Counted from the stretch's first letter, positions 13,601 through 24,307 are shown. The stretch is DNA of 64,000 bases from Amoebophrya sp. A120 (GCA_905178155.1 CAJINV010000009.1:310001-374000); one strand, 5' to 3'. Translations and numbers: made by a program. The notes: generated by a model not told the origin, from the letters alone.

Positions 13601-16600
13601 GGGAACGGGATGAAGCAGGCGGATTTGGAGTTTCAACGGGCGGTTTTCTTGAATCTCATCGACCTGGATGTTGTGAGTGCGGACGAAGATCATGACCAGG
13701 GTACTAAAAATGAAGACTCAAAAAATGCCGAGCACAGGATTTTGTTCCCGGAACACCAGGCAATTGTCTCTGCTGCTGCTGCTGCTGGCGGCGGTTCTGT
13801 TGTGGAAGAGAGTACAACTCCTTCGACTGGTCCCTCCGGGGAATTACTACTTGCAAGCAGAAGTCTTGCAGTTGCTGCATCGTCCAGCGCGACTGCCACC
13901 ACCACGGCGCCGCCCGACCGTTGCTGCTGCTGCCCAGGTTTTACTCCGATGACGGGAGGGCCGAGTGGTGGTGGTGGTGCCGCGCACCGTCGAACTGCGG
14001 TGAATACCGATGATGAAGATCCTGCAGCAGATGAAAGATCTCCTGGCGAGCTGATCCACTTCGGAACCGAGGGGAAGTACAGGGTTGAAACGCGGTTTCT
14101 CGCCGCTACGGCGGATGCGAAAACCAATCGCTGCGAGTGCGGGTCCGAACTGAAACGGCACATCGCCTGGACCGCGCCCTTGCACGAGTACCGAGTCTAC
14201 TTGAATGATACGTTCAACGACCCGATGATGCCGCACATGGGGTACTACCAGCCCAAACACAAGTTTCCCTACATGCAATCCGCGATTTTGGACACCCTGA
14301 TTTACCAAACGCGGTACCAGCTCATGCTGTTTCCGCCCGCGGTATCAAATGTAAAAATGTCTGGGTCTGGAAGAGTCCGAGACTTGTCATGCTGTTTTTG
14401 CATGACACAGAATGTCTGTCATGGAAGCCCTAGCATCACAGATTTTTAGAGGCCTTCCTGATGCCTATTCCGCATGACAAATGCCCTCCCCGCGTAGCAC
14501 AAACTGGGCTCCTCTTGCTGGTCATGCAATACAGACTTTTTTAGAGTCCAAAGTTAGCATCACAAGTTCCAACCTTCCAGACCCAGACATATTTGCAATG
14601 CATACGCGGCCTACAGCAGCAAGATTTCCGACCCGATGGCCTACAACCTGGACATGGACTTTATGGCGTTCTCAAATGTTACATTCTCAACTGTTACATA
14701 AATTTGCAATGCAAGAACGGCAAAAGTGAAAGGAGGAAGACTGCGCCTTTTGCATTACAGATCTGGCACAGATTTAGATGCTGTTGTGTTTAGCCCTTCG
14801 GATATTTGTCATGCGAAGCAGCTTAATCGTGGCGATCTTGGTGGCAAATTTCAGTTGAGAATGTAACAATTGAGAACGCCATGGACTTCACGCACGGCGG
14901 GTTCGGCCAGGACGCCCCGAAGGTCGTCGATTTGTACGACTGCGTGGACCGCGACCACCACGAAAGCTCCAGCTACGACGAACGGATCGATACGGAGGGC
15001 TACGACTTCCACGGGGAGAAGGTGTACGCGCGGTTTGCCAACACCGGCGGAACGCATTCCGGCCGCAACATCGAGGCCGACTGGTGGCGGATCGGGTGGG
15101 TGGATTTGCAGACGCACAAGGTAACGGTGTCCACCATGGTGTACACCCAGATGGCGGAGATCTTCACGAGTGTCGCCGTGGAATTTGAAATAGACGAAGC
15201 GGGGAACGTGATTGGGCTGACGCGGTTGATGTCCTACGTCGACTTGGACGACTACGGGACCAAGGGGTGGTTCATCTTCAGCAACGTCATGGTGATTGTT
15301 TTCGTCTCCATGGGCGTGGTGCACAGCGTGTATCTGATCACGTGCGGCACAAAGATGACGGTGTCGCTTTGGTACGAGCTGGCCAGTCGGGCGTTCATGT
15401 TGTTCTTCAACCTGTGGCTGCTCATCGGATTTCTGGGTATGTAAGAAATCAGAGATTTTTGTGTGGCTCTTCAAAGGTTCTTAGTACTTGATACTTTCAC
15501 CATTTTGCTGCACTTTGATCTGCTTGTAGAAAAACTAACATTAGGACAGCGATGCAAAATATGCAAAGTTGTCCTTGTTGGCCCGAAAAAAGCAAAATAA
15601 AAATTTGAAAAATCAGGTCTGAAGCCGATGAAGGAGGAATACAACGATTTGATGACGACTTTTTTCACCCTCCACGACTTTTCCTACAAGGGTTTGATTG
15701 GTTCGATCCAGCACTTTTTGGTCGTGAAGGACCACGTGTACGAGGAAAACGACTTGATTTTTCTGTATCGCAAAGTTGCGTTTGCGGTCACGTTGGTCTC
15801 TTTCCTGCAGATGATCCAGTACCTCAACGTCCACCCCCGCGTGGCGACCTTGACGTCCACCATTTTGAAGTCCATCGACGAGATGGCGCATTTTTTCATC
15901 GTGTTCGCGATCCTGTTATAGCGGCGGCAAAAGCTTATTTTTGCGAAAATTAAAAAAAATATTGGGTGGCTTTATCGTGGGCCTCGCAGCCCAGCCGAAT
16001 CATCACGCTTCTGGACTCAGGACGGCGTAAGACCCACGCCAGCGCAGCGCTTACCAAGTTTGCCCTGCCGTGCTGCCGCAAAGTCAAACACATCACACCA
16101 CCGCAGAACCCCTTTCAGAAGGCGCGAGAGGTCGCGTCAGCTTCAACGCTCGCGCACGCCAGGGCGGGCATCGTGGGCAGGGAGCCGGGTCCGTCGTTGA
16201 CCCCTAGACGGGCCAATCCTGCCAGGTCTGCGCCGCTCCAAATTTGGGCGGGGCAGGCGGCGGCCCGGCAGGCGCGGCCGAATCTGGCCAAGCCAAAGGC
16301 ACGGCGTGATATGGAATGGGCGAGCGCCTTGCGCCTCACCAGATGCCCCGGGGCCATGCTCCTGCGCCCCGGTTAGGCGGCATCATCGGGCGCAATGCCC
16401 ATCCCTGATTGCCCGGCGAGGTGCCGCAAAACCCCTCGGCTGCCGCCCACGACCCCTGCTCGGGCGACCGCAATTCCCCAATTGCGCGACGCCCACCCTG
16501 TTCAAGCAGCCCCATTTCTGCAAAGCGGGCAAAAGCGTGGCTCCATCCCAGCCAAGGCGCCTGCGGTTTGGTTACACCTTCCAAGCCACCCCCTAGCGCG

Positions 16601-19600
16601 CCTCCGCCAATTCGCGGGATTCCTTGCAAGAACTACCCGGCGGCATTTCGGATATCAATTTCGCGGAAAACAACCGCCCGGCGACACTGCCAGCACGCTT
16701 GGAGGCTAGAGCACAAGCGCCGCAGCCCTTGGCAGCACGGCGGGGCAACCGGGCCCCCCTTTTTGCAGGTGGGGAACTGATCAGGCGGCCCGCGCAAGGG
16801 GGGCCCGACCGCGGCGCGCCGTGCTCTAGCGGCCCCAACACGGGCGGACGGCAACCCGAAAAGCCCTCTCCGCTGACCGCCGTGCCTTGAGCCGATTTCC
16901 TGAAAAACAAACGGCGGAAAGCATTGGGCCTGGCGCCGCCGCCCCACTGTTTTCCCGGCCCGAGCCGAAGGCCACAGCGCTTGCGCAGTAGGTAAGGCGC
17001 AGAGGCGCGCGGCGCCCGGGCCCCTTTTAGAGGATGCCGAAAACACCAGGACCGCCACGGCCGCCTTACCCTTTCGGCGCGCCGCGCTGCCAACATAGCG
17101 AAGCCGGCCAGCCGGCAATGCAGGGCGGGCGCGGATCAATTTCCCGGGGAAAACACTGCCGGCATGCTGTGGGCCGTGCTTTTTGTCGCTGCTTTTCTTC
17201 GGCCAGACCGCGGGGCGCATGGCGCCAAAACCAGAAGCCAGCGCGCGTGGGGCGCCCGGATCGCCGGCGCTCTTGTTTGCCGGGGCAATCGGGGCCACGC
17301 TTCCGGGCAGCTGCGGAACCCCGCGGCCGTTGCGGAGTGCACGTGGGGCGCGTGCTGCGTGGCCGCCCTTGCCGCCGCTGCTTTCCCACTCTGGGGTCTC
17401 CTCGGCCCCCCCGGACGGGGGGGCCCGGATAGGGTCCTCAAAAGTGGCCCTAAGCAAGAGCGATCCCGCATGCTATGGACCCACTTTGGGGGGGTGCCTC
17501 TTTAGCCTCTCCCGGAAGGTGTTTCCAGTTGCCCGGCCCGCATTCCCGTTGGGAAGCCTCCCAGCCGAAGCTCCGTCGTAGCGACAGGCTTGCCACTTGG
17601 GTTCGGGCTGTTCGGCGCGCGCCGTTCCACGAAAACCTTGTCCATTTAAGGCGGCCAGCTTCCGGACTGTCGGAAGAGAGGGCCCAACAAGTTCGGCTCA
17701 GGTTGCTCCCCCTCCTATTGCTGCCGGCGCATGCTCGGGTGGGGGAGGGGTTTTCCCCCGTTTGGCGCGACCGGGCCCCCGGCGCTTCCCTGGGTTTCCG
17801 CGGGCGGGCGGGCTAGGGACACGACTCGGAGATAACACGCAGAAGGGGTGGGCGGCCGTTTCTTCGCGAGCAGGCGCCGCCTTCCTTGGCCGTGGGTGCG
17901 CATCTGCGTCGCCCTATCCTTGGCCCTCTTTGAAGGTGCCCGACTGGGCGCAGTCGGTCGGACTGGTCGAGCGGGTAGTGTTCGGCCACGTGCTTTGTCC
18001 CGATCCGAGTACGGCGCGGCAAAAAGGAAAGGGACAGGGCTGGCGGCGCTTTTGGCGGTCAATGAGGCCCTCCTGGCCTGGCTTACTCTGCGAACGCCCA
18101 CTGCCCTTGCGAGGCATAACGCACGCAGGAGAGGCAGCCCGCTTGGTGCCGTTTCATGCCCCCCAAAAAAAGGCAAAGGCCCCGCGCTTTGGGGGTGCGC
18201 CGGGCGGCGGGCATTCGGTCGGGCCAATCGCTCGCCACGCCCCCTCCAGGTGCCGGGGCGGGAGTGAAACCTGCGCAGCGACCAAGAGTTTCCGCCCCTC
18301 CAGCCCGGAGTTTGGTTGCGGTACTCCGGGAGCAGGCGCTCTGCCTCCCAGGTTTCAAAACGGGCGCGGCTTTTGGCCGCCGCGCGTTTCCGGGGCTTTT
18401 TTCATGTTCTCCAGCAAGTGCGGTGACCCTTTCGCGGCCCCTCTGAAACCCCGGCGCGCCAGGGATCGCCCCTCCAAGGGCCAGCCGCCAGAGCCGGTAG
18501 AAAAGCTGTAAGAGCCGCCGGGCGACGCTTCAGAAAGGCCTGCGGGAGGCGGAAAGCGCAAAACCCTAGCAGCCCGGGGCGCGTTCTTATTTTCTCGTGG
18601 CCATTGCTCGAGGCCTTTTCACAAGCCTGGCAAGGGAATGTTTCTCCTCGCCACATCTCCCCCGCCCATCCTGCTGCCCGGCGCGCTGCCAAAACACATA
18701 TGCGAGGCCACTGGCAAGCATGCCACCAGGGCCCGCGTGCCGGCGGCTCCACTACTATCGGCGCAGGTCTCGGCGGGGCATCGAGCCAGAGCCCGGGCCC
18801 GCGAGTGCAGTGCACTTCGTAAGGCCCAACCCCCCGGCCCTATCATTTCTGTCAACCAGGCGCCTGACCATCTTTTTCTCCGATCAATTCCAACCGCGGC
18901 TGCACAGGCGTCGCAGCCGAGCATGCTCGACACACGTTGCGATGGTAGTGCTCTTCGCGGCCAGTATCTATGACACCCAATGTTTTTTTTAATTTTCCAA
19001 AAAATAAGCTTTTGCCGCCACTATACCTGTTATGGATTGCAAAAATGTCTGGGTCTGGAAACTTGTAATGCTGCGTTGGGAATAATGAATGCTCTGTAAT
19101 GCATAGCCAAGCATGAGAAATATCTGTGCTGCTTTGTGTTGCATTTTTCGCATGACAGCCTGGGTTTTTGCATGACAGGCAAAAGTGCTTCTTCTTGGAC
19201 ACGCATCACAAACTTTTTGGTCATGCCAGGCAAGCACGACAAATCTCGCAATCTTCCAGACCCAGACACTTTTGCAATTCATACCTGTTCGTGGTGATGG
19301 CGTTCATCGGGCATTGGCAGTTCGCATCGATGCTGCCCGCGGACTTTGGGACCTTCGGCCGCGCCGTGGAGTGGCAGTTTCGGATGATCATCGGCGACTT
19401 CCCCTTCGACGGGTGGATCGAGTTGGACACCACGCAGCAGTTGATGTACTGGCTGTACCTGATATCCACAGTAAATTTCCCGTACACGACGTACAAATGC
19501 AGTCTCTGCACGACAAAACTTGCCTTCAATCCTAGTCTAGCATGACGAATTGGACACTGCAAGTTAGCGAAATTTGTCATGCATTTTGTACATGTACGAG

Positions 19601-20688
19601 AAATTTACATTGCATACCTGATTCTGTTCGCGCTCATCATGTTCCTGACCATGATGAACTTCTTCCTTGCGATCATCGTGGACGCTTTTGTGGAGGTGAA
19701 GCAGGACATCCACGACCAGAAGACGGAAAACTCCTTTCCCTTCGACTGCATGGACATGTTCAAGGACTGCTCCAAGTACTACACCACCCGGGGGTACCCG
19801 AACAGCCGCGAGGTGCTCGACGCCCTGAGCGAGGCGGACGAGCAGGACGAGATCGCGCGGCGCATTTACACGAAGGAGAAGAAAAAACACGATCCGGATT
19901 TTCACTACCCGGTCACCGCAAAGGACTTGGCTTCGTACAACCTGCGATCCATCGAAACGGAGGCGCAAGCGGTGGAGTTTCTAGTGCGGTACGGAATAAA
20001 AACGCCGGAAATCGTGTTTAGAACGAAGGTAGTATTTGAGTGGGAGCTTTTTTTTTTCAGGTTGTGAGATCGATAGATACTTATTGCTTCTTTGCACTTG
20101 TTTCACTTTTCAAGTATGGGAATTTGCAGCGGGACGTAGAACTAGAACCATTTTATCTTGCTCGCTATACAATTACAAAATATCTAGCGTGCGTTTTGAA
20201 CAAAACAAAATCAGGGTCTCATGGTATTCAAGAAGCTCTCTGAAATGGCGAAGCGCGACGCAGGAACGCTCTCCCCAGAGGCCCTTCAGGCCATCTACGA
20301 CGCCACGGACCAACGCGGGCAGCGCAAGCAGACCGGTGGCCGCCAGGTTTCTTCCAACTGGCGAAAAGTCATGGACCGTGTGGGCGGTGCGGACTTGCGA
20401 AGCTTGGCAGCAGCTGTATGAGATTGCACAACTCCCCCTCCCCCTCAATTGTATGGTATGAGCAGCAATTCAGACACCAGCTCAAATGGAGCCTGCGCAT
20501 GACAAACCTGCACACGGATTGTAGTTCTGTTTGTGGCTCCAAGATTTGTCATGCTAACTGTGCTTACAGACAAGATGTGGATTTGGGTTTTTGCATCACA
20601 AATGAGGGGGAGGGGGAGTTGTGCACTGTCATAAGCTGCAGCGGCCGGGGGCTCCTCCTCGCGAGCATATGAATACCAGGACGCCTAG
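10648..20688 (+). CDS. Polycystin-2/TRPP-like cation channel with a very large extracellular loop, interrupted by canonical introns and six TAT..ATA elements
   Basis: S1 is LNFFIYFLFFLVAIYIFY. Removing the elements gives a contiguous S4-S6 region: LQMIQYLNVHPRVATLTSTILKSIDEMAHFFIVFAIL|FVVMAFIGHWQF...FGTFGRAVEWQFRMIIGDFPFD...WLYL|ILFALIMFLTMMNFFLAIIVDAF. Putative GT-AG introns are 11368-11511, 13112-13181 (or -13142), 15437-15616 and 20029-20214. Stop is TAG at 20686-20688. Confidence 0.82.
14343..14604. mobile_element. Introner E1 (262 bp), 5-bp TSD CGCGG
   Basis: Ends are TATCAAATGTAAAAATGTCTGGGTCTGGAAG and CTTCCAGACCCAGACATATTTGCAATGCATA (TIR). CGCGG occurs at 14338-14342 and 14605-14609. 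Removal restores FPPA|AYSSK. Confidence 0.92.
14662..14883. mobile_element. Introner E2 (222 bp), 5-bp TSD GACTT
   Basis: TIR TATGGCGTTCTCAAATGTTACATTCTCAACTG / CAGTTGAGAATGTAACAATTGAGAACGCCATG. GACTT occurs at 14657-14661 and 14884-14888. Removal restores LDMDF|THGG. Confidence 0.9.
15917..19025. mobile_element. 3.1-kb TIR DNA transposon (TAT..ATA ends, 5-bp TSD CCTGT) inserted in a coding exon
   Basis: 52-bp TIRs at 15917-15968 and 18974-19025 (48/52 identical by eye). CCTGT occurs at 15912-15916 and 19026-19030. The interior is GC-rich and decayed. Confidence 0.92.
16150..17860 (-). pseudogene. Decayed hAT-superfamily transposase remnant (boundaries approximate)
   Basis: Minus-strand motifs occur in hAT order across frameshifts and a stop: PFCVL/SES (about 17830, DES-like); MDKVFVE...GKPVA/YDGAS (DGAS at 17566-17577); FRERLKRHPPKVGP*HAGSLLLRATFEDPI (CxxH-like region, about 17470); PRALASGFGAMRPAVWP (TRWxS-like, about 17240); SISRRAFGL...ADLAGLARLGVNDGP (ERxFS...LMRIxxNGP dimerisation-like, about 16190-16310). 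Confidence 0.6.
19031..19283. mobile_element. Introner E3 (253 bp), same family as E1 but in inverted orientation, TSD CCTGT
   Basis: TIR TATGGATTGCAAAAATGTCTGGGTCTGGAA / TTCCAGACCCAGACACTTTTGCAATTCATA. CCTGT occurs at 19026-19030 and 19284-19288. Confidence 0.92.
19463..19616. mobile_element. Introner E4 (154 bp), TSD CCTGA
   Basis: TIR TATCCACAGTAAATTTCCCGTACA / TGTACGAGAAATTTACATTGCATA. CCTGA occurs at 19458-19462 and 19617-19621. Removal restores WLYL|ILFAL (channel S6). Confidence 0.9.
20417..20633. mobile_element. Introner E5 (217 bp), TSD AGCTG
   Basis: TIR TATGAGATTGCACAACTCCCCCTCCCCCTCA / TGAGGGGGAGGGGGAGTTGTGCACTGTCATA. AGCTG occurs at 20412-20416 and 20634-20638. Confidence 0.92.
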
Positions 20689-21727
20689 GGCGGCGAGATG
20701 ACATCTGGCATTGCCCGCATGAGAAAACCAAAGAAGCAAAGTACCGTGATTGACGTGAACAGCGGTGCTGGAGGTGGCGACGAGTTACAGCGTTCGGCCA
20801 CTTTTGTTGAGTTGTAAGACTAAGAGTTGAATTTTTCATCCTAAGTAAATAGAAGTAAGAACACGTTCAGTTTTACTCGTCTTCAGTGCATAGAGAAGGT
20901 TTATTTCCTGCTTTTTTCGAAGGTCTCAGCTGCCTTGTAGGATGTTTGCACACAACAAGAAGGGCTCGCACGATTGGTATTCGTTGCCAGCTTTAATGCA
21001 GGCGATAGAGTAAAGATCTAACAAACAGTTACGTACGTCAATGTTATCAAGTCGTGCATAGGTCCTCGACTTCATCTTTTCTTAGCCTGTACATAACTAG
21101 GTGAAAGTTCTTCAAGTATCTATGCCTATCTACATCTCTTTATCTTTACGCGTATATGCATCCCATACTTGATCAATCCTACTAACTTTCGAGCTTTTTT
21201 CCCTTTCAATTTTGCATGCGGTTTTTGGTCTAGTGTCATTCCCATTCCTATGGCGTAAAAATACAGAGGCCGCTAGTTTCAGAAATTGTTTTTGTGTTAC
21301 ATCAACGGAACCTGCACAGATCTACGCGTACGAAAGGAATTTTCCAGCAAGCGTGTCATTACATGCAATTCTGTCGTTGAAGCAAGCAGTTGTTTTGCAA
21401 AGACAGACCCTGGTGTTAGTTCTGAATTTGAATACGTATGTCGGAAGATGTAAATAACAGATGATCCACATCCATAGTCTTCTTTCGCTCTCGGTAGTAG
21501 TTGGATCAAAGTCAAAAGAATGGTTGTAATCTCATCCGCTTGAAGGCCATGCATGTTCGTACCAGGACCCCACTTACCTTCATCCAGCCACCAAGTACGG
21601 CTCTTCCTAACTGACAAACTTCTTGCCTCGTGGCCGATTCCGATCCTGACTTAATGACCACTTTGACAAGCTAGTGATGTATGGGTTGCCGCAGCCGCTA
21701 TCCGCAAAATAGTTTTCATTCCTCATC

Positions 21728-24307
21728 ATGCCGCCTGGTCGTGGTCTTCGTTGGAGGAAGAAAGACGACACCTCCAGCAGCGCACAAACGGGCAAAAACG
21801 ACGAGACAAATTTCACACAAAGAAATGCGGCGCAGCCTTCCTCAGCTGGAAGTCGTTCCTCTTTTCAGCCCCCCGACAGAGCTGAGTCCGCCGCGATTGG
21901 GGTATCGATTCCTACGGAAGGAGGTGGAGAAAAGAATGTCGCTATTGTTTGGCACAAGTGGAGCGATTTGCGACTGCAGGACCACGAGCCGGCGTGGCAT
22001 GCACATCGGGCGTCACCTAGAATGGGTAATATGGAAGACAGAAACAATAAAGCATCAACTTTCGATGCTGTTTTACATGTCCACCTGATTGAGCACGACT
22101 TGCTCTATGGGCGGAGCGAGCAAGCAAATCTTCCCCGCTGTTCTCCGCTTCGGGCTCGTTTCTGGCTGGAAAGCGTTTTGGATCTGGACGCGAGCCTGCG
22201 GAAGGCAAAAGTTGTAGACGGGGGTGCGAACACGTGTCCGCAATTTCTCCATGTCGAAGTTGTCGGTGGTGACGAGGATGATGGTGATGCAGAAGTTAGT
22301 GGATCGCTTCTGGTCACTGCAAGCGCTGCCGTTCTTTCATCGTCCTCCACGGAGCAGCCGCCTCTACGCAAGCAGATGACACCAATGGCAAGAGAAGACG
22401 AGGAGGATATAATTGGGGTGAAGAATGCAGACCGCCAGATTTTACCGGGGCAGAGAAGATGGCGCAAAGAGAAATCGGAAGCCGTGGCAAATTGGTTCGG
22501 TGAGTTTTTTCTCAAGCAGAGAAAGAACGTGGCCCCGCCGTCCACCGCTTTCCACCTAGTGACCCATCAAGAATTGTGTACAGAAGAGGTGAAAACTGAG
22601 CAGGCCGTGCGCGCTTCCTTGAACGCCCTTAATAACGCAGGCACTGTTGCAGCAGCTCCAGCAGGTACGATTCGGATCCCTTTCACGTGGCGAACTTACT
22701 GGGGCGGTCAGACAGTGCACCACATCCAGGACCTCGGTTTCAACCCGGAAACCGAGTCTGACATGATGCCCCTGTTCAAGGGCGAGTTTAACAAAATGGC
22801 CAAGAAACGGCCGATACGGGAAGTGCTGCTGTTTTCGAAAGACTCGGAGTTCCGCCCATCGCTCAAACAGTTTTACGTCGACAGGAGCGCTTTCGAAGAC
22901 AGAGTGCATAGGATTTTCAAAAAGGCCCTCGCACCAGATCGACAGGTATATTTGCAGAGGCTTTTACGTGGACGAGCAGGAGGGAACAACAAAGCAGAAA
23001 CTGACGGCGCGACCGCCCCTACTTCGGTGATCGGCCCAGCTGCTCCCTACACCCTGCAGAATTCCTTCGAGCACCGTTGGCGCGGCGGCGAAAGTATGGC
23101 CCAGCAGTATTTGGAAGACTTTTTCAAAACCGGTGACAATTTGTGGAATTACTGCGGTGCGACGGAATCGTTCGCCCACGGGGCTGACCACAATCCCATC
23201 TTCTCTGGCACGCGCTTCAGTCCCTGGCTGGCGTTCGGCAATGTGTCCGCCCGGATGATTGTGAAGAAAGCGTACGACTGCGAGAAAAGATTCGGCGGCT
23301 TTTACCGGCCGACGAAAGGAGGTGGAAAGAAAGGCAAAGGAAATAGTACAGGCAAAGGGTCTGCTGGAAAAACATCAGGGTCAACTGCGCAGCGGCTGCA
23401 CACGGAGCTCCTCTTTCGCGACTTTCTCCGGTTTTCCGCGTACTTTTTGTGGAAAAAGAAACTTTTCTGCCTCGAGGGGCCGATGGGGTTGGAGAAGGCC
23501 GACATTTTCTGGCGGGCGAGAGCAAAACCCGAGACGCAGGAACTGTTTCGCAAGTGGCAAGTAGGCGAAACTGGCTTTCCCTTCGTGGATGCGGGGATGC
23601 GCGAATTACTCAAAACCGGGTACCTGTCGCACCTGCACCGGCAGTGCTGCGCTTCGTTTTTGGTGCGCGATCTGGAGATCGACTGGCGATTCGGGGCGGA
23701 GCACTTCGAGGCCACTTTAATCGATTACACGCCGGACGCGAACTGGGGGAACTGGGCGTACCGAATCTTGCCCCGTCCGTGTCTCGCTGCGACGCGTAGA
23801 AAATTCAAGGAGCAAAGTAAAAAGAGGGAGGCAAGAAGTAGAAGCAGTTCAAGTTCTGCAGATGATCAGAATTTCGTGCCACATTTGAGCACCTTGGAGT
23901 GTGTCGTTTGGCCCATTGTGCACGATCCCGAACTGGAGCATACACTGTTTTGGGTGCCGGAATTGAAAAGGATTCTTGAGAAGTTCGGGCCCGACTGCGC
24001 CAGAGAGCCCTGGACGATTGGAGCGAAAGGTGGAGAGACAATTGTGCAGATCCGGCCGTATCGAGACTCGCCGCTCTGGTTCTGTGCAGCGAACCGAAGC
24101 AATTGGGATTACGAATACTTCTGGCTGCGGAACGCTGTTGGGACCGTTGATTACAGTGGTAAGCAAGGCGGGAACAAAAAGCTAAATAGCAGCACGAGTA
24201 GGAACGATGAAGAAATCTATCACCTCCCCCTGATTCCGCCTGTCAGCGTGACCGTCGATCTGAGAAAATTACCAGTGCAAAGGTTTGTTTGGGAAAGGAC
24301 AGTCTGA
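21728..24307 (+). CDS. Cryptochrome/photolyase family protein, CRY-DASH-like (859 aa, intronless)
   Basis: Motifs VWHKWSDLRLQDH, GGES, TRFSPWLAFGNVSAR, ELLFRDF and WQVGETGFPFVDAGMRELLKTGYLS...RQ..ASFLVRDLEIDWRFGAEHFEATLIDY...NWGNW. Confidence 0.9.
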   Translation: MPPGRGLRWRKKDDTSSSAQTGKNDETNFTQRNAAQPSSAGSRSSFQPPDRAESAAIGVSIPTEGGGEKNVAIVWHKWSDLRLQDHEPAWHAHRASPRMGNMEDRNNKASTFDAVLHVHLIEHDLLYGRSEQANLPRCSPLRARFWLESVLDLDASLRKAKVVDGGANTCPQFLHVEVVGGDEDDGDAEVSGSLLVTASAAVLSSSSTEQPPLRKQMTPMAREDEEDIIGVKNADRQILPGQRRWRKEKSEAVANWFGEFFLKQRKNVAPPSTAFHLVTHQELCTEEVKTEQAVRASLNALNNAGTVAAAPAGTIRIPFTWRTYWGGQTVHHIQDLGFNPETESDMMPLFKGEFNKMAKKRPIREVLLFSKDSEFRPSLKQFYVDRSAFEDRVHRIFKKALAPDRQVYLQRLLRGRAGGNNKAETDGATAPTSVIGPAAPYTLQNSFEHRWRGGESMAQQYLEDFFKTGDNLWNYCGATESFAHGADHNPIFSGTRFSPWLAFGNVSARMIVKKAYDCEKRFGGFYRPTKGGGKKGKGNSTGKGSAGKTSGSTAQRLHTELLFRDFLRFSAYFLWKKKLFCLEGPMGLEKADIFWRARAKPETQELFRKWQVGETGFPFVDAGMRELLKTGYLSHLHRQCCASFLVRDLEIDWRFGAEHFEATLIDYTPDANWGNWAYRILPRPCLAATRRKFKEQSKKREARSRSSSSSADDQNFVPHLSTLECVVWPIVHDPELEHTLFWVPELKRILEKFGPDCAREPWTIGAKGGETIVQIRPYRDSPLWFCAANRSNWDYEYFWLRNAVGTVDYSGKQGGNKKLNSSTSRNDEEIYHLPLIPPVSVTVDLRKLPVQRFVWERTV

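Noticed and set aside
17183-17660. Plus-strand resemblance to an ISXO2/Merlin transposase (MDPLWG...LATWVRA)
   Set aside because: The match is vague, the 5-bp TSD does not fit Merlin (8-9 bp), and the minus-strand hAT motifs are more numerous and correctly ordered.
15966-18992. Dozens of overlapping Pro/Arg/Gly/Ala-rich ORFs on both strands
   Set aside because: These are stop-poor artefacts of GC-rich decayed transposon sequence; none is an intact gene.
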